From positions 8,432,001 to 8,496,000 of the forward strand of contig OZ059900.1 of assembly GCA_964057225.1 (NCBI GenBank): 64,000 nucleotides of DNA, written 5' to 3'. Positions 13,101 to 27,400 of this stretch are shown in pieces (within the stretch, counting starts at the first letter, position 1; every line of letters starts with the position of its first letter). The translations under genes and the position numbers were made by a program. The notes beneath the pieces were generated by a model. That model saw nothing but the letters and a program-made list of their open reading frames with translations. It was not told the origin of the DNA and did no database searches. Origin of the DNA: Auanema rhodensis (Eukaryota > Animalia > Nematoda).

Positions 13101-16100
13101 AACCACTTTGGTCAAAAAGGACCGAAAATATCAAGAATTATTGGTTTTTTGGGGTTTGAAGGGCATTTTGGCTAAATCAGTCAAACTTTTGGCATATTTT
13201 TTTCTTCTAAAACGACTAAATGTTAGGAATACTGTCATAGAATGTTGATATAGGTGTATTTTGCACGGATATCAAAACTGATTGAAATATGGGCCTTTTT
13301 ATGCTCAAAACGCCATATATTCAACAATTTTGGGTACAAAACATGTGAAAACTGTATGTTTTGATCAGACCCTTTGAGATATGGATTTGAAATTCAGGAT
13401 TCATAAACTTTGACTATTTTCACATATATATGTTCAATTTTAACCACTTTGGTCAAAAAGGACCGAAAATATCAAGAATTATTGGTTTTTTGGGGTTTGA
13501 AGGACATTTTGGCTAAATCAGTCAAACTTTTGATCTTAAGCATATTTTCTTCTTCTAAAACGACTAAATGTATGAAATACTGTCATAAAATGTTCATATA
13601 GGTGTATTTTGCACAAATATCAAAACTGATTGAAATATGGGCCTTTTTATGCTCAAAACGCCATATATTCAACGATTTTGGGTACAAAACATGTGAAAAC
13701 TGTATGTTTTGATCAGACCCTTTGAGATATGGATTTGAAATTCAGGATTCATAAACTTTGACTATTTTCACATATATATGTTCAATTTTAACCACTTTGG
13801 TCAAAAAGGACCGAAAATATCAAGAATTATTGGTTTTTTGGGGTTTGAAGGGCATTTTGGCTAAATCAGTCAAACTTTTGGCATATTTTTTTCTTCTAAA
13901 ACGACTAAATGTTAGGAATACTGTCATAGAATGTTGATATAGGTGTATTTTGCACGAATATCAAAACTGATTGAAATATGGGCCTTTTTATGCTCAAAAC
14001 GCCATATATTCAACAATTTTGGGTACAAAACATGTGAAAACTGTATGTTTTGATCAGACCCTTTGAGATATGGATTTGAAATTCAGGATTTATAAACTTT
14101 GACTATTTTTACATATATATGTTCAATTTTAACCACTTTGGTCAAAAAGGACCGAAAATATCAAGAATTATTGGTTTTTTGGGGTTTGAAGGGCATTTTG
14201 GCTAAATCAGTCAAACTTTTGGCATATTTTTTTCTTCTAAAACGACTAAATGTTAGGAATACTGTCATAGAATGTTGATATAGGTGTATTTTGCACGGAT
14301 ATCAAAACTGATTGAAATATGGGCCTTTTTATGCTCAAAACGCCATATATTCAACAATTTTGGGTACAAAACATGTGAAAACTGTATGTTTTGATCAGAC
14401 CCTTTGAGATATGGATTTGAAATTCAGGATTCATAAACTTTGACTATTTTCACATATATATGTTCAATTTTAACCACTTTGGTCAAAAAGGACCGAAAAT
14501 ATCAAGAATTATTGGTTTTTTGGGGTTTGAAGGACATTTTGGCTAAATCAGTCAAACTTTTGATCTTAAGCATATTTTCTTCTTCTAAAACGACTAAATG
14601 TATGAAATACTGTCATAAAATGTTCATATAGGTGTATTTTGCACGAATATCAAAACTGATTGAAATATGGGCCTTTTTATGCTCAAAACGCCATATATTC
14701 AACGATTTTGGGTACAAAACATGTGAAAACTGTATGTTTTGATCAGACCCTTTGAGATATGGATTTGAAGTTCAGGATTCATAAACTTTGACTATTTTCA
14801 CATATATATGTTCAATTTTAACCACTTTGGTCAAAAAGGACCGAAAATATCAAGAATTATTGGTTTTTTGGGGTTTGAAGGGCATTTTGGCTAAATCAGT
14901 CAAACTTTTGGCATATTTTTTTCTTCTAAAACGACTAAATGTTAGGAATACTGTCATAGAATGTTGATATAGGTGTATTTTGCACGAATATCGAAACTGA
15001 TTGAAATATGGGCCTTTTTATGCTCAAAACGCCATATATTCAACGATTTTGGGTACAAAACATGTGAAAACTGTATGTTTTGATCAGACCCTTTGAGAAA
15101 TGGATTTGAAATTCAGGATTCATAAACTTTGACTATTTTCACATATATATGTTCAATTTTAACCACTTTGGTCAAAAAGGACCGAAAATATCAAGAATTA
15201 TTGGTTTTTTGGGGTTTGAAGGACATTTTGGCAAAATCAGTCAAACTTTTGATCTTAAGCATATTTTTTTCTTCTAAAACGACTAGATGTATGGAATACT
15301 GTCATAGAATGTTGATATAGGTGTATTTTGCACGAATATCGAAACTGATTGAAATATGGGCCTTTTTATGCTCAAAACGCCATATATTCAACGATTTTGG
15401 GTACAAAACATGTGAAAACTGTATGTTTTGATCAAACCCTTTGAGATATGGATTTGAAATTCAGGATTCATAAACTTTGACTATTTTCACATATATATGT
15501 TCAATTTTAACCACTTTGGTCAAAAAGGACCGAAAATATCAAGAATTATTGGTTTTTTGGGGTTTGAAGGGCATTTTGGCTAAATCAGTCAAACTTTTGG
15601 CATATTTTTTTCTTCTAAAACGACTAAATGTTAGGAATACTGTCATAGAATGTTGATATAGGTGTATTTTGCACGGATATCAAAACTGATTGAAATATGG
15701 GCCTTTTTATGCTCAAAACGCCATATATTCAACAATTTTGGGTACAAAACATGTGAAAACTGTATGTTTTGATCAGACCCTTTGAGATATGGATTTGAAA
15801 TTCAGGATTCATAAACTTTGACTATTTTCACATATATATGTTCAATTTTAACCACTTTGGTCAAAAAGGACCGAAAATATCAAGAATTATTGGTTTTTTG
15901 GGGTTTGAAGGACATTTTGGCTAAATCAGTCAAACTTTTGATCTTAAGCATATTTTCTTCTTCTAAAACGACTAAATGTATGAAATACTGTCATAAAATG
16001 TTCATATAGGTGTATTTTGCACGAATATCAAAACTGATTGAAATATGGGCCTTTTTATGCTCAAAACGCCATATATTCAACGATTTTGGGTACAAAACAT

Positions 16101-19100
16101 GTGAAAACTGTATGTTTTGATCAGACCCTTTGAGATATGGATTTGAAGTTCAGGATTCATAAACTTTGACTATTTTCACATATATATGTTCAATTTTAAC
16201 CACTTTGGTCAAAAAGGACCGAAAATATCAAGAATTATTGGTTTTTTGGGGTTTGAAGGGCATTTTGGCTAAATCAGTCAAACTTTTGGCATATTTTTTT
16301 CTTCTAAAACGACTAAATGTTAGGAATACTGTCATAGAATGTTGATATAGGTGTATTTTGCACGAATATCGAAACTGATTGAAATATGGGCCTTTTTATG
16401 CTCAAAACGCCATATATTCAACGATTTTGGGTACAAAACATGTGAAAACTGTATGTTTTGATCAGACCCTTTGAGATATGGATTTGAAATTCAGGATTCA
16501 TAAACTTTGACTATTTTCACATATATATGTTCAATTTTAACCACTTTGGTCAAAAAGGACCGAAAATATCAAGAATTATTGGTTTTTTGGGGTTTGAAGG
16601 ACATTTTGGCAAAATCAGTCAAACTTTTGATCTTAAGCATATTTTTTTCTTCTAAAACGACTAGATGTATGGAATACTGTCATAGAATGTTGATATAGGT
16701 GTATTTTGCACGAATATCGAAACTGATTGAAATATGGGCCTTTTTATGCTCAAAACGCCATATATTCAACGATTTTGGGTACAAAACATGTGAAAACTGT
16801 ATGTTTTGATCAAACCCTTTGAGATATGGATTTGAAATTCAGGATTCATAAACTTCGACTATTTCTACAAATATATGTCCAATTTTAACCACTTTGGTCA
16901 AAAAGGACCGAAAATATCAAGAATTATTGGTTTTTTGGGGTTTGAAGGGCATTTTGGCAAAATCAGACAAACTTTTGATCTTAAGCATATTTTTTTCTTC
17001 TAAAACGACTAAATGTATGAAATACTGTCAAAGAATGTTCATATAGGTGTATTTTGCACGAATATCGAAACTGATTGAAATATGGGCCTTTTTATGCTCA
17101 AAACGCCATATATTCAACGATTTTGGGTACAAAACATGTGAAAACTGTATGTTTTGAACAGACCCTTTGAGATATGGATTTGAAAATCAGGATTCATAAA
17201 CTTTGACTATTTTTACATATATATGTTCAATTTTAACCACTTTGGTCAAAAAGGATGGGCCTTTTTATGCTCAAAACGCCATATATTCAACGATTTTGGG
17301 TACAAAACATGTGAAAACTGTATGTTTTGATCAGACCCTTTGAGATATGGATTTGAAATTCAGGATTCATAAACTTTGACTATTTTCACATATATATGTT
17401 CAATTTTAACCACTTTGGTCAAAAAGGACCGAAAATATCAAGAATTATTGGTTTTTTGGGGTTTGAAGGACATTTTGGCTAAATCAGTCAAACTTTTGAT
17501 CTTAGGCATATTTTCTTCTTCTAAAACGACTAAATGTATGAAATACTGTCATAAAATGTTCATATAGGTGTATTTTGCACGAATATCAAAACTGATTGAA
17601 ATATGGGCCTTTTTATGCTCAAAACGCCATATATTCAACGATTTTGGGTACAAAACATGTGAAAACTGTATGTTTTGATCAGACCCTTTGAGATATGGAT
17701 TTGAAATTCAGGATTCATAAACTTTGACTATTTTCACATATATATGTTCAATTTTAACCACTTTGGTCAAAAAGGACCGAAAATATCAAGAATTATTGGT
17801 TTTTTGGGGTTTGAAGGGCATTTTGGCTAAATCAGTCAAACTTTTGGCATATTTTTTTCTTCTAAAACGACTAAATGTTAGGAACACTGTCATAGAATGT
17901 TGATATAGGTGTATTTTGCACGAATATCAAAACTGATTGAAATATGGGCCTTTTTATGCTCAAAACGCCATATATTCAACAATTTTGGGTACAAAACATG
18001 TGAAAACTGTATGTTTTGATCAGACCCTTTGAGATATGGATTTGAAATTCAGGATTCATAAACTTTGACTATTTTCACATATATATGTTCAATTTTAACC
18101 ACTTTGGTCAAAAAGGACCGAAAATATCAAGAATTATTGGTTTTTTGGGGTTTGAAGGACATTTTGGCTAAATCAGTCAAACTTTTGATCTTAAGCATAT
18201 TTTCTTCTTCTAAAACGACTAAATGTATGAAATACTGTCAAAGATTGTTCATATAGGTGTATTTTGCACGAATATCGAAACTGATTGAAATATGGGCCTT
18301 TTTATGCTCAAAACGCCATATATTCAACGATTTTGGGTACAAAACATGTGAAAACTGTATGTTTTGATCAGACCCTTTGAGATATGGATTTGAAATTCAG
18401 GATTCATAAACTTTGACTATTTTCACATATATATGTTCAATTTTAACCACTTTGGTCAAAAAGGACCGAAAATATCAAGAATTATTGGTTTTTTGGGGTT
18501 TGAAGGGCATTTTGGCTAAATCAGTCAAACTTTTGATCTTAAGCATATTTTCTTCTTCTAAAACGACTAAATGTATGAAATACTGTCATAAAATGTTCAT
18601 ATAGGTGTATTTTGCACGAATATCAAAACTGATTGAAATATGGGCCTTTTTATGCTCAAAACGCCATATATTCAACGATTTTGGGTACAAAACATGTGAA
18701 AACTGTATGTTTTGATCAGACCCTTTGAGATATGGATTTGAAATTCAGGATTCATAAACTTTGACTATTTTCACATATATATGTTCAATTTTAACCACTT
18801 TGGTCAAAAAGGACCGAAAATATCAAGAATTATTGGTTTTTTGGGGTTTGAAGGGCATTTTGGCTAAATCAGTCAAACTTTTGGCATATTTTTTTCTTCT
18901 AAAACGACTAAATGTTAGGAACACTGTCATAGAATGTTGATATAGGTGTATTTTGCACGAATATCAAAACTGATTGAAATATGGGCCTTTTTATGCTCAA
19001 AACGCCATATATTCAACAATTTTGGGTACAAAACATGTGAAAACTGTATGTTTTGCTCAGACCCTTTGAGATATGGATTTGAAATTCAGGATTCATAAAC

Positions 19101-21170
19101 TTTGACTATTTTCACATATATATGTTCAATTTTAACCACTTTGGTCAAAAAGGACCGAAAATATCAAGAATTATTGGTTTTTTGGGGTTTGAAGGACATT
19201 TTGGCTAAATCAGTCAAACTTTTGATCTTAAGCATATTTTCTTCTTCTAAAACGACTAAATGTATGAAATACTGTCAAAGATTGTTCATATAGGTGTATT
19301 TTGCACGAATATCAAAACTGATTGAAATATGGGCCTTTTTATGCTCAAAACGCCATATATTCAACGATTTTGGGTACAAAACATGTGAAAACTGTATGTT
19401 TTGATCAGACCCTTTGAGATATGGATTTGAAATTCAGGATTCATAAACTTTGACTATTTTCACATATATATGTTCAATTTTAACCACTTTGGTCAAAAAG
19501 GACCGAAAATATCAAGAATTATTGGTTTTTTGGGGTTTGAAGGACATTTTGGCTAAATCAGTCAAACTTTTGATCTTAAGCATATTTTTTTCTTCTAAAA
19601 CGACTAAATGTATGAAATACTGTCATAGAATGTTCATATAGGTGTATTTTGCACGAATATCGAAACTGATTGAAATATGGGCCTTTTTATGCTCAAAACG
19701 CCATATATTCAACGATTTTGGGTACAAAACATGTGAAAACTGTATGTTTTGATCAGACCCTTTGAGATATGGATTTGAAATTCAGGATTCATAAACTTTG
19801 ACTATTTTCACATATATATGTTCAATTTTAACCACTTTGGTCAAAAAGGACCGAAAATATCAAGAATTATTGGTTTTTTGGGGTTTGAAGGACATTTTGG
19901 CTAAATCAGTCAAACTTTTGATCTTAAGCATATTTTTTTCTTCTAAAACGACTAAATGTATGAAATACTGTCATAGAATGTTCATATAGGTGTATTTTGC
20001 ACGAATATCGAAACTGATTGAAATATGGGCCTTTTTGTGCTCAAAACGCCATATATTCAACGATTTTGGGTACAAAACATGTGAAAACTGTATGTTTTGA
20101 TCAGACCCTTTGAGATATGGATTTGAAATTCAGGATTCATAAACTTTGACTATTTTCACATATATATGTTCAATTTTAACCACTTTGGTCAAAAAGGACC
20201 GAAAATATCAAGAATTATTGGTTTTTTGGGGTTTGAAGGGCATTTTGGCTAAATCAGTCAAACTTTTGGCATATTTTTTTCTTCTAAAACGACTAAATGT
20301 TAGGAATACTGTCATAGAATGTTGATATAGGTGTATTTTGCACGGATATCAAAACTGATTGAAATATGGGCCTTTTTATGCTCAAAACGCCATATATTCA
20401 ACAATTTTGGGTACAAAACATGTGAAAACTGTATGTTTTGATCAGACCCTTTGAGATATGGATTTGAAATTCAGGATTCATAAACTTTGACTATTTTCAC
20501 ATATATATGTTCAATTTTAACCACTTTGGTCAAAAAGGACCGAAAATATCAAGAATTATTGGTTTTTTGGGGTTTGAAGGACATTTTGGCTAAATCAGTC
20601 AAACTTTTGATCTTAAGCATATTTTCTTCTTCTAAAACGACTAAATGTATGAAATACTGTCATAAAATGTTCATATAGGTGTATTTTGCACGAATATCAA
20701 AACTGATTGAAATATGGGCCTTTTTATGCTCAAAACGCCATATATTCAACGATTTTGGGTACAAAACATGTGAAAACTGTATGTTTTGATCAGACCCTTT
20801 GAGATATGGATTTGAAATTCAGGATTCATAAACTTTGACTATTTTCACATATATATGTTCAATTTTAACCACTTTGGTCAAAAAGGACCGAAAATATCAA
20901 GAATTATTGGTTTTTTGGGGTTTGAAGGGCATTTTGGCTAAATCAGTCAAACTTTTGGCATATTTTTTTCTTCTAAAACGACTAAATGTTAGGAATACTG
21001 TCATAGAATGTTGATATAGGTGTATTTTGCACGAATATCAAAACTGATTGAAATATGGGCCTTTTTATGCTCAAAACGCCATATATTCAACAATTTTGGG
21101 TACAAAACATGTGAAAACTGTATGTTTTGATCAGACCCTTTGAGATATGGATTTGAAATTCAGGATTCAT
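10178..21170 (-). repeat. Intra-array duplication, ~3.9-kb segment repeated at offset 7077 (approx. 10178-14090 and 17255-21170)
   Basis: ORF variants pair in order: 10299/17376, 10988/18065, 11336/18413, 12025/19102, 12373/19450, 12721/19798, 13410/20487. The rare variant CTTTTTGTGC occurs at ~12960 and ~20037. Ends are approximate. Confidence 0.8.
17082..17254 (-). repeat. 173-bp truncated monomer
   Basis: Same junction at 17254/17255, with the same linked SNPs as the 8454 copy. Confidence 0.92.
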
Positions 21171-21499
21171 AAACTTTGACTATTTTCACATATATATGTC
21201 CAATTTTAACCACTTTGGTCAAAAAGGACCGAAAATATCAAGAAGTATTGGTTTTTTGGGGTTTGAAGGGCATTTTGGCAAAATCAGACAAACTTTTGAT
21301 CTTAAGCATATTTTTTTCTTCTAAAACGACTAAATGTATGAAATACTGTCAAAGAATGTTCATATAGGTGTATTTTGCACGAATATCAAAACTGATTGAA
21401 ATATGGGCCTTTTTATGCTCAAAACGCCATATATTCAACAATTTTGGGTACAAAACATGTGAAAACTGTATGTTTTGATCAGACCCTTTGAGATATGGA

Positions 21500-24400
21500 T
21501 TTGAAATTCAGGATTCATAAACTTTGACTATTTTCACATATATATGTTCAATTTTAACCACTTTGGTCAAAAAGGACCGAAAATATCAAGAATTATTGGT
21601 TTTTTGGGGTTTGAAGGACATTTTGGCTAAATCAGTCAAACTTTTGATCTTAAGCATATTTTCTTCTTCTAAAACGACTAAATGTATGAAATACTGTCAT
21701 AAAATGTTCATATAGGTGTATTTTGCACGAATATCAAAACTGATTGAAATATGGGCCTTTTTATGCTCAAAACGCCATATATTCAACGATTTTGGGTACA
21801 AAACATGTGAAAACTGTATGTTTTGATCAGACCCTTTGAGATATGGATTTGAAATTCAGGATTCATAAACTTTGACTATTTTCACATATATATGTTCAAT
21901 TTTAACCACTTTGGTCAAAAAGGACCGAAAATATCAAGAATTATTGGTTTTTTGGGGTTTGAAGGGCATTTTGGCTAAATCAGTCAAACTTTTGGCATAT
22001 TTTTTTCTTCTAAAACGACTAAATGTTAGGAATACTGTCATAGAATGTTGATATAGGTGTATTTTGCACGAATATCAAAACTGATTGAAATATGGGCCTT
22101 TTTATGCTCAAAACGCCATATATTCAACAATTTTGGGTACAAAACATGTGAAAACTGTATGTTTTGATCAGACCCTTTGAGATATGGATTTGAAATTCAG
22201 GATTCATAAACTTTGACTATTTTCACATATATATGTTCAATTTTAACCACTTTGGTCAAAAAGGACCGAAAATATCAAGAATTATTGGTTTTTTGGGGTT
22301 TGAAGGACATTTTGGCTAAATCAGTCAAACTTTTGATCTTAAGCATATTTTCTTCTTCTAAAACGACTAAATGTATGAAATACTGTCATAGAATGTTCAT
22401 ATAGGTGTATTTTGCACGAATATCAAAACTGATTGAAATATGGGCCTTTTTATGCTCAAAACGCCATATATTCAACGATTTTGGGTACAAAACATGTGAA
22501 AACTGTATGTTTTGATCAGACCCTTTGAGATATGGATTTGAAATTCAGGATTCATAAACTTTGACTATTTTCACATATATATGTTCAATTTTAACCACTT
22601 TGGTCAAAAAGGACCGAAAATATCAAGAATTATTGGTTTTTTGGGGTTTGAAGGACATTTTGGCTAAATCAGTCAAACTTTTGATCTTAAGCATATTTTT
22701 TTCTTCTAAAACGACTAAATGTATGAAATACTGTCATAGAATGTTCATATAGGTGTATTTTGCACGAATATCAAAACTGATTGAAATATGGGCCTTTTTA
22801 TGCTCAAAACGCCATATATTCAACGATTTTGGGTACAAAACATGTGAAAACTGTATGTTTTGATCAGACCCTTTGAGATATGGATTTGAAATTCAGGATT
22901 TATAAACTTTGACTATTTTTACATATATATGTTCAATTTTAACCACTTTGGTCAAAAAGGACCGAAAATATCAAGAATTATTGGTTTTTTGGGGATTGAA
23001 GGGCATTTTGGCAAAATCAGTCAAACTTTTGATCTTAAGCATATTTTTTTCTCCTAAAACGACTAGATGTATGGAATACTGTCATAGAATGTTGATATAG
23101 GTGTATTTTGCACGAATATCGAAACTGATTGAAATATGGGCCTTTTTATGCTCAAAACGCCATATATTCAACGATTTTGGGTACAAAACATGTGAAAACT
23201 GTATGTTTTGATCAAACCCTTTGAGATATGGATTTGAAATTCAGGATTCATAAACTTCGACTATTTCTACAAATATATGTCCAATTTTAACCACTTTGGT
23301 CAAAAAGGACCGAAAATATCAAGAAGTATTGGTTTTTTGGGGTTTGAAGGGCATTTTGGCAAAATCAGACAAACTTTTGATCTTAAGCATATTTTTTTCT
23401 TCTAAAACGACTAAATGTATGAAATACTGTCAAAGAATGTTCATATAGGTGTATTTTGCACGAATATCAAAACTGATTGAAATATGGGCCTTTTTATGCT
23501 CAAAACGCCATATATTCAACAATTTTGGGTACAAAACATGTGAAAACTGTATGTTTTGATCAGACCCTTTAAAGATATGGATTTGAAATTCAGGATTCAT
23601 AAACTTCGACTATTTCTACATATATATGTCCAATTTTAACCACTTTGGTCAAAAAGGACCGAAAATATCAAAAATTATTGGTTTCTTGGGGTTTGAAGGG
23701 CATTTTGGCAAAATCAGTCAAACTTTTGATCTTAAGCATATTTTTTTCTTCTAAAACGACTAAATGTTAGGAATACTGTCATAGAATGTTGATATAGGTG
23801 TATTTTGCACGAATATCAAAACTGATTGAAATATGGGCCTTTTTAGGCTCAAAACGCCATATATTCAACGATTTTGGGTACAAAACATGTGAAAACTGTA
23901 TGTTTTGATCAGACCCTTTGAGATATGGATTTGAAATTCAGGATTCATAAACTTTGACTATTTTCACATATATATGTTCAATTTTAACCACTTTGGTCAA
24001 AAAGGACCGAAAATATCAAGAATTATTGGTTTTTTGAGGTTTGAAGGGCATTTTGGCTAAATCAGTCAAACTTTTGATCTTAAGCATATTTTTTTCTTCT
24101 AAAACGACTAAATGTATGAAATACTGTCATAGAATGTTCATATAGGTGTATTTTGCACGAATATCAAAACTGATTGAAATATGGGCCTTTTTATGCTCAA
24201 AACGCCATATATTCAACGATTTTGGGTACAAAACATGTGAAAACTGTATGTTTTGATCAGACCCTTTGAGATATGGATTTGAAATTCAGGATTCATAAAC
24301 TTTGACTATTTTTACATATATATGTCCAATTTTAACCACTTTGGTCAGAAAGGACCGAAAATATCAAGAATTATTGGTTTTTTGGGGTTTGAAGGGCATT

Positions 24401-27400
24401 TTGGCAAAATCAGTCAAACTTTTGATCTTAAGCATATTTTTTTCTTCTAAAACGACTAAATGTTAGGAATACTGTCATAGAAGGTTGATATAGGTGTATT
24501 TTGCACGAATATCAAAACTGATTGAAATATGGGCCTTTTTATGCTCAAAACGCCATATATTCAACGATTTTGGGTACAAAACATGTGAAAACTGTATGTT
24601 TTGATCAGACTCTTTGAGATATGGATTTGAAATTCAGGATTCATAAACTTTGACTATTTTCACATATATATGTTCAATTTTAACCACTTTGGTCAAAAAG
24701 GACCGAAAATATCAAGAATTATTGGTTTTTTGGGGTTTGAAGGGCATTTTGGCTAAATCAGTCAAACTTTTGATCTTAAGCATATTTTTTTCTTCTAAAA
24801 CGACTAAATGTATGGAAGACTGTCATAGAATGTTCATATAGGTGTATTTTGCACGAATATCAAAACTGATTGAAATATGGGCCTTTTTATGCTCAAAACG
24901 CCATATATTCAACGATTTTGGGTACAAAACATGTGAAAACTGTATGTTTTGATCAGACCCTTTGAGATATGGATTTGAAATTCAGGATTCATAAACTTTG
25001 ACTATTTTTACATATTTATGTCCAATTTTAACCACTTTGGTCAAAAAGGACCAAAAATATCAAGAATTATTGGTTTTTTGGGTATTGAAGGGCATTTTGG
25101 CAAAATCAGTCAAACTTTTGATCTTAAGCATATTTTTTTCTTCTAAAACGACTAAATGTTAGGAATACTGTCATAGAATGTTGATATAGGTGTATTTTGC
25201 ACGAATATCAAAACTGATTGAAATATGGGCCTTTTTATGCTCAAAACGCCATATATTCAACGATTTTGGGTACAAAACATGTGAAAACTGTATGTTTTGA
25301 TCAGACCCTTTGAGATATGGATTTGAAATTCAGGATTCATAAACTTTGACTATTTTCACATATATATGTTCAATTTTAACCACTTTGGTCAAAAAGGACC
25401 GAAAATATCAAGAATTATTGGTTTTTTGAGGTTTGAAGGGCATTTTGGCTAAATCAGTCAAACTTTTGATCTTAAGCATATTTTTTTCTTCTAAAACGAC
25501 TAAATGTATGAAATACTGTCATAGAATGTTCATATAGGTGTATTTTGCACGAATATCAAAACTGATTGAAATATGGGCCTTTTTATGCTCAAAACGCCAT
25601 ATATTCAACGATTTTGGGTACAAAACATGTGAAAACTGTATGTTTTCATCAGACCCTTTGAGATATGGATTTGAAATTCAGGATTCATAAACTTTGACTA
25701 TTTTTACATATATATGTCCAATTTTAACCACTTTGGTCAAAAAGGACCGAAAATATCAAGAATTATTGGTTTTTCGGGGTTTGAAGGGCATTTTGGCAAA
25801 ATCAGTCAAACTTTTGATCTTAAGCATATTTTTTTCTTCTAAAACGACTAAATGTTAGGAATACTGTCATAGAATGTTGATATAGGTGTATTTTGCACGA
25901 ATATCAAAACTGATTGAAATATGGGCCTTTTTATGCTCAAAACGCCATATATTCAACGATTTTGGGTACAAAACATGTGAAAACTGTATGTTTTGATCAG
26001 ACTCTTTGAGATATGGATTTGAAATTCAGGATTCATAAACTTTGACTATTTTCACATATATATGTTCAATTTTAACCACTTTGGTCAAAAAGGACCAAAA
26101 ATATCAAGAATTATTGGTTTTTTGGGTATTGAAGGGCATTTTGGCAAAATCAGTCAAACTTTTGATCTTAAGCATATTTTTTTCTTCTAAAACGACTAAA
26201 TGTATGGAATACTGTCATAGAATGTTGATATAGGTGTATTTTGCACGAATATCGAAACTGATTGAAATATGGGCCTTTTTATGCTCAAAACGCCATATAT
26301 TCAACGATTTTGGGTACAAAACATGTGAAAACTGTATGTTTTGACCAGACCCTTTGAGATATGGATTTGAAATTCAGGATTCATAAACTTTGACTATTTT
26401 CACATATATATGTTCAATTTTAACCACTTTGGTCAAAAAGGACCAAAAATATCAAGAATTATTGGTTTTTTGGGTATTGAAGGGCATTTTGGCAAAATCA
26501 GTCAAACTTTTGATCTTAAGCATATTTTTTTCTTCTAAAACGACTAAATGTTAGGAATACTGTCATAGAATGTTGATATAGGTGTATTTTGCACGAATAT
26601 CAAAACTGATTGAAATATGGGCCTTTTTATGCTCAAAACGCCATATATTCAACGATTTTGGGTACAAAACATGTGAAAACTGTATGTTTTGATCAGACTC
26701 TTTGAGATATGGATTTGAAATTCAGGATTCATAAACTTTGACTATTTTCACATATATATGTTCAATTTTAACCACTTTGGTCAAAAAGGACCGAAAATAT
26801 CAAGAATTATTGGTTTTTTGGGGTTTGAAGGACATTTTGGCTAAATCAGTCAAACTTTTGATCTTAAGCATATTTTCTTCTTCTAAAACGACTAAATGTA
26901 TGAAATACTGTCATAAAATGTTCATATAGGTGTATTTTGCACGAATATCAAAACTGATTGAAATATGGGCCTTTTTATGCTCAAAACGCCATATATTCAA
27001 CGATTTTGGGTACAAAACATGTGAAAACTGTATGTTTTGATCAGACCCTTTGAGATATGGATTTGAAATTCAGGATTCATAAACTTTGACTATTTTCACA
27101 TATATATGTTCAATTTTAACCACTTTGGTCAAAAAGGACCGAAAATATCAAGAATTATTGGTTTTTTGGGGTTTGAAGGGCATTTTGGCTAAATCAGTCA
27201 AACTTTTGGCATATTTTTTTCTTCTAAAACGACTAAATGTTAGGAATACTGTCATAGAATGTTGATATAGGTGTATTTTGCACGAATATCAAAACTGATT
27301 GAAATATGGGCCTTTTTATGCTCAAAACGCCATATATTCAACAATTTTGGGTACAAAACATGTGAAAACTGTATGTTTTGATCAGACCCTTTGAGATATG

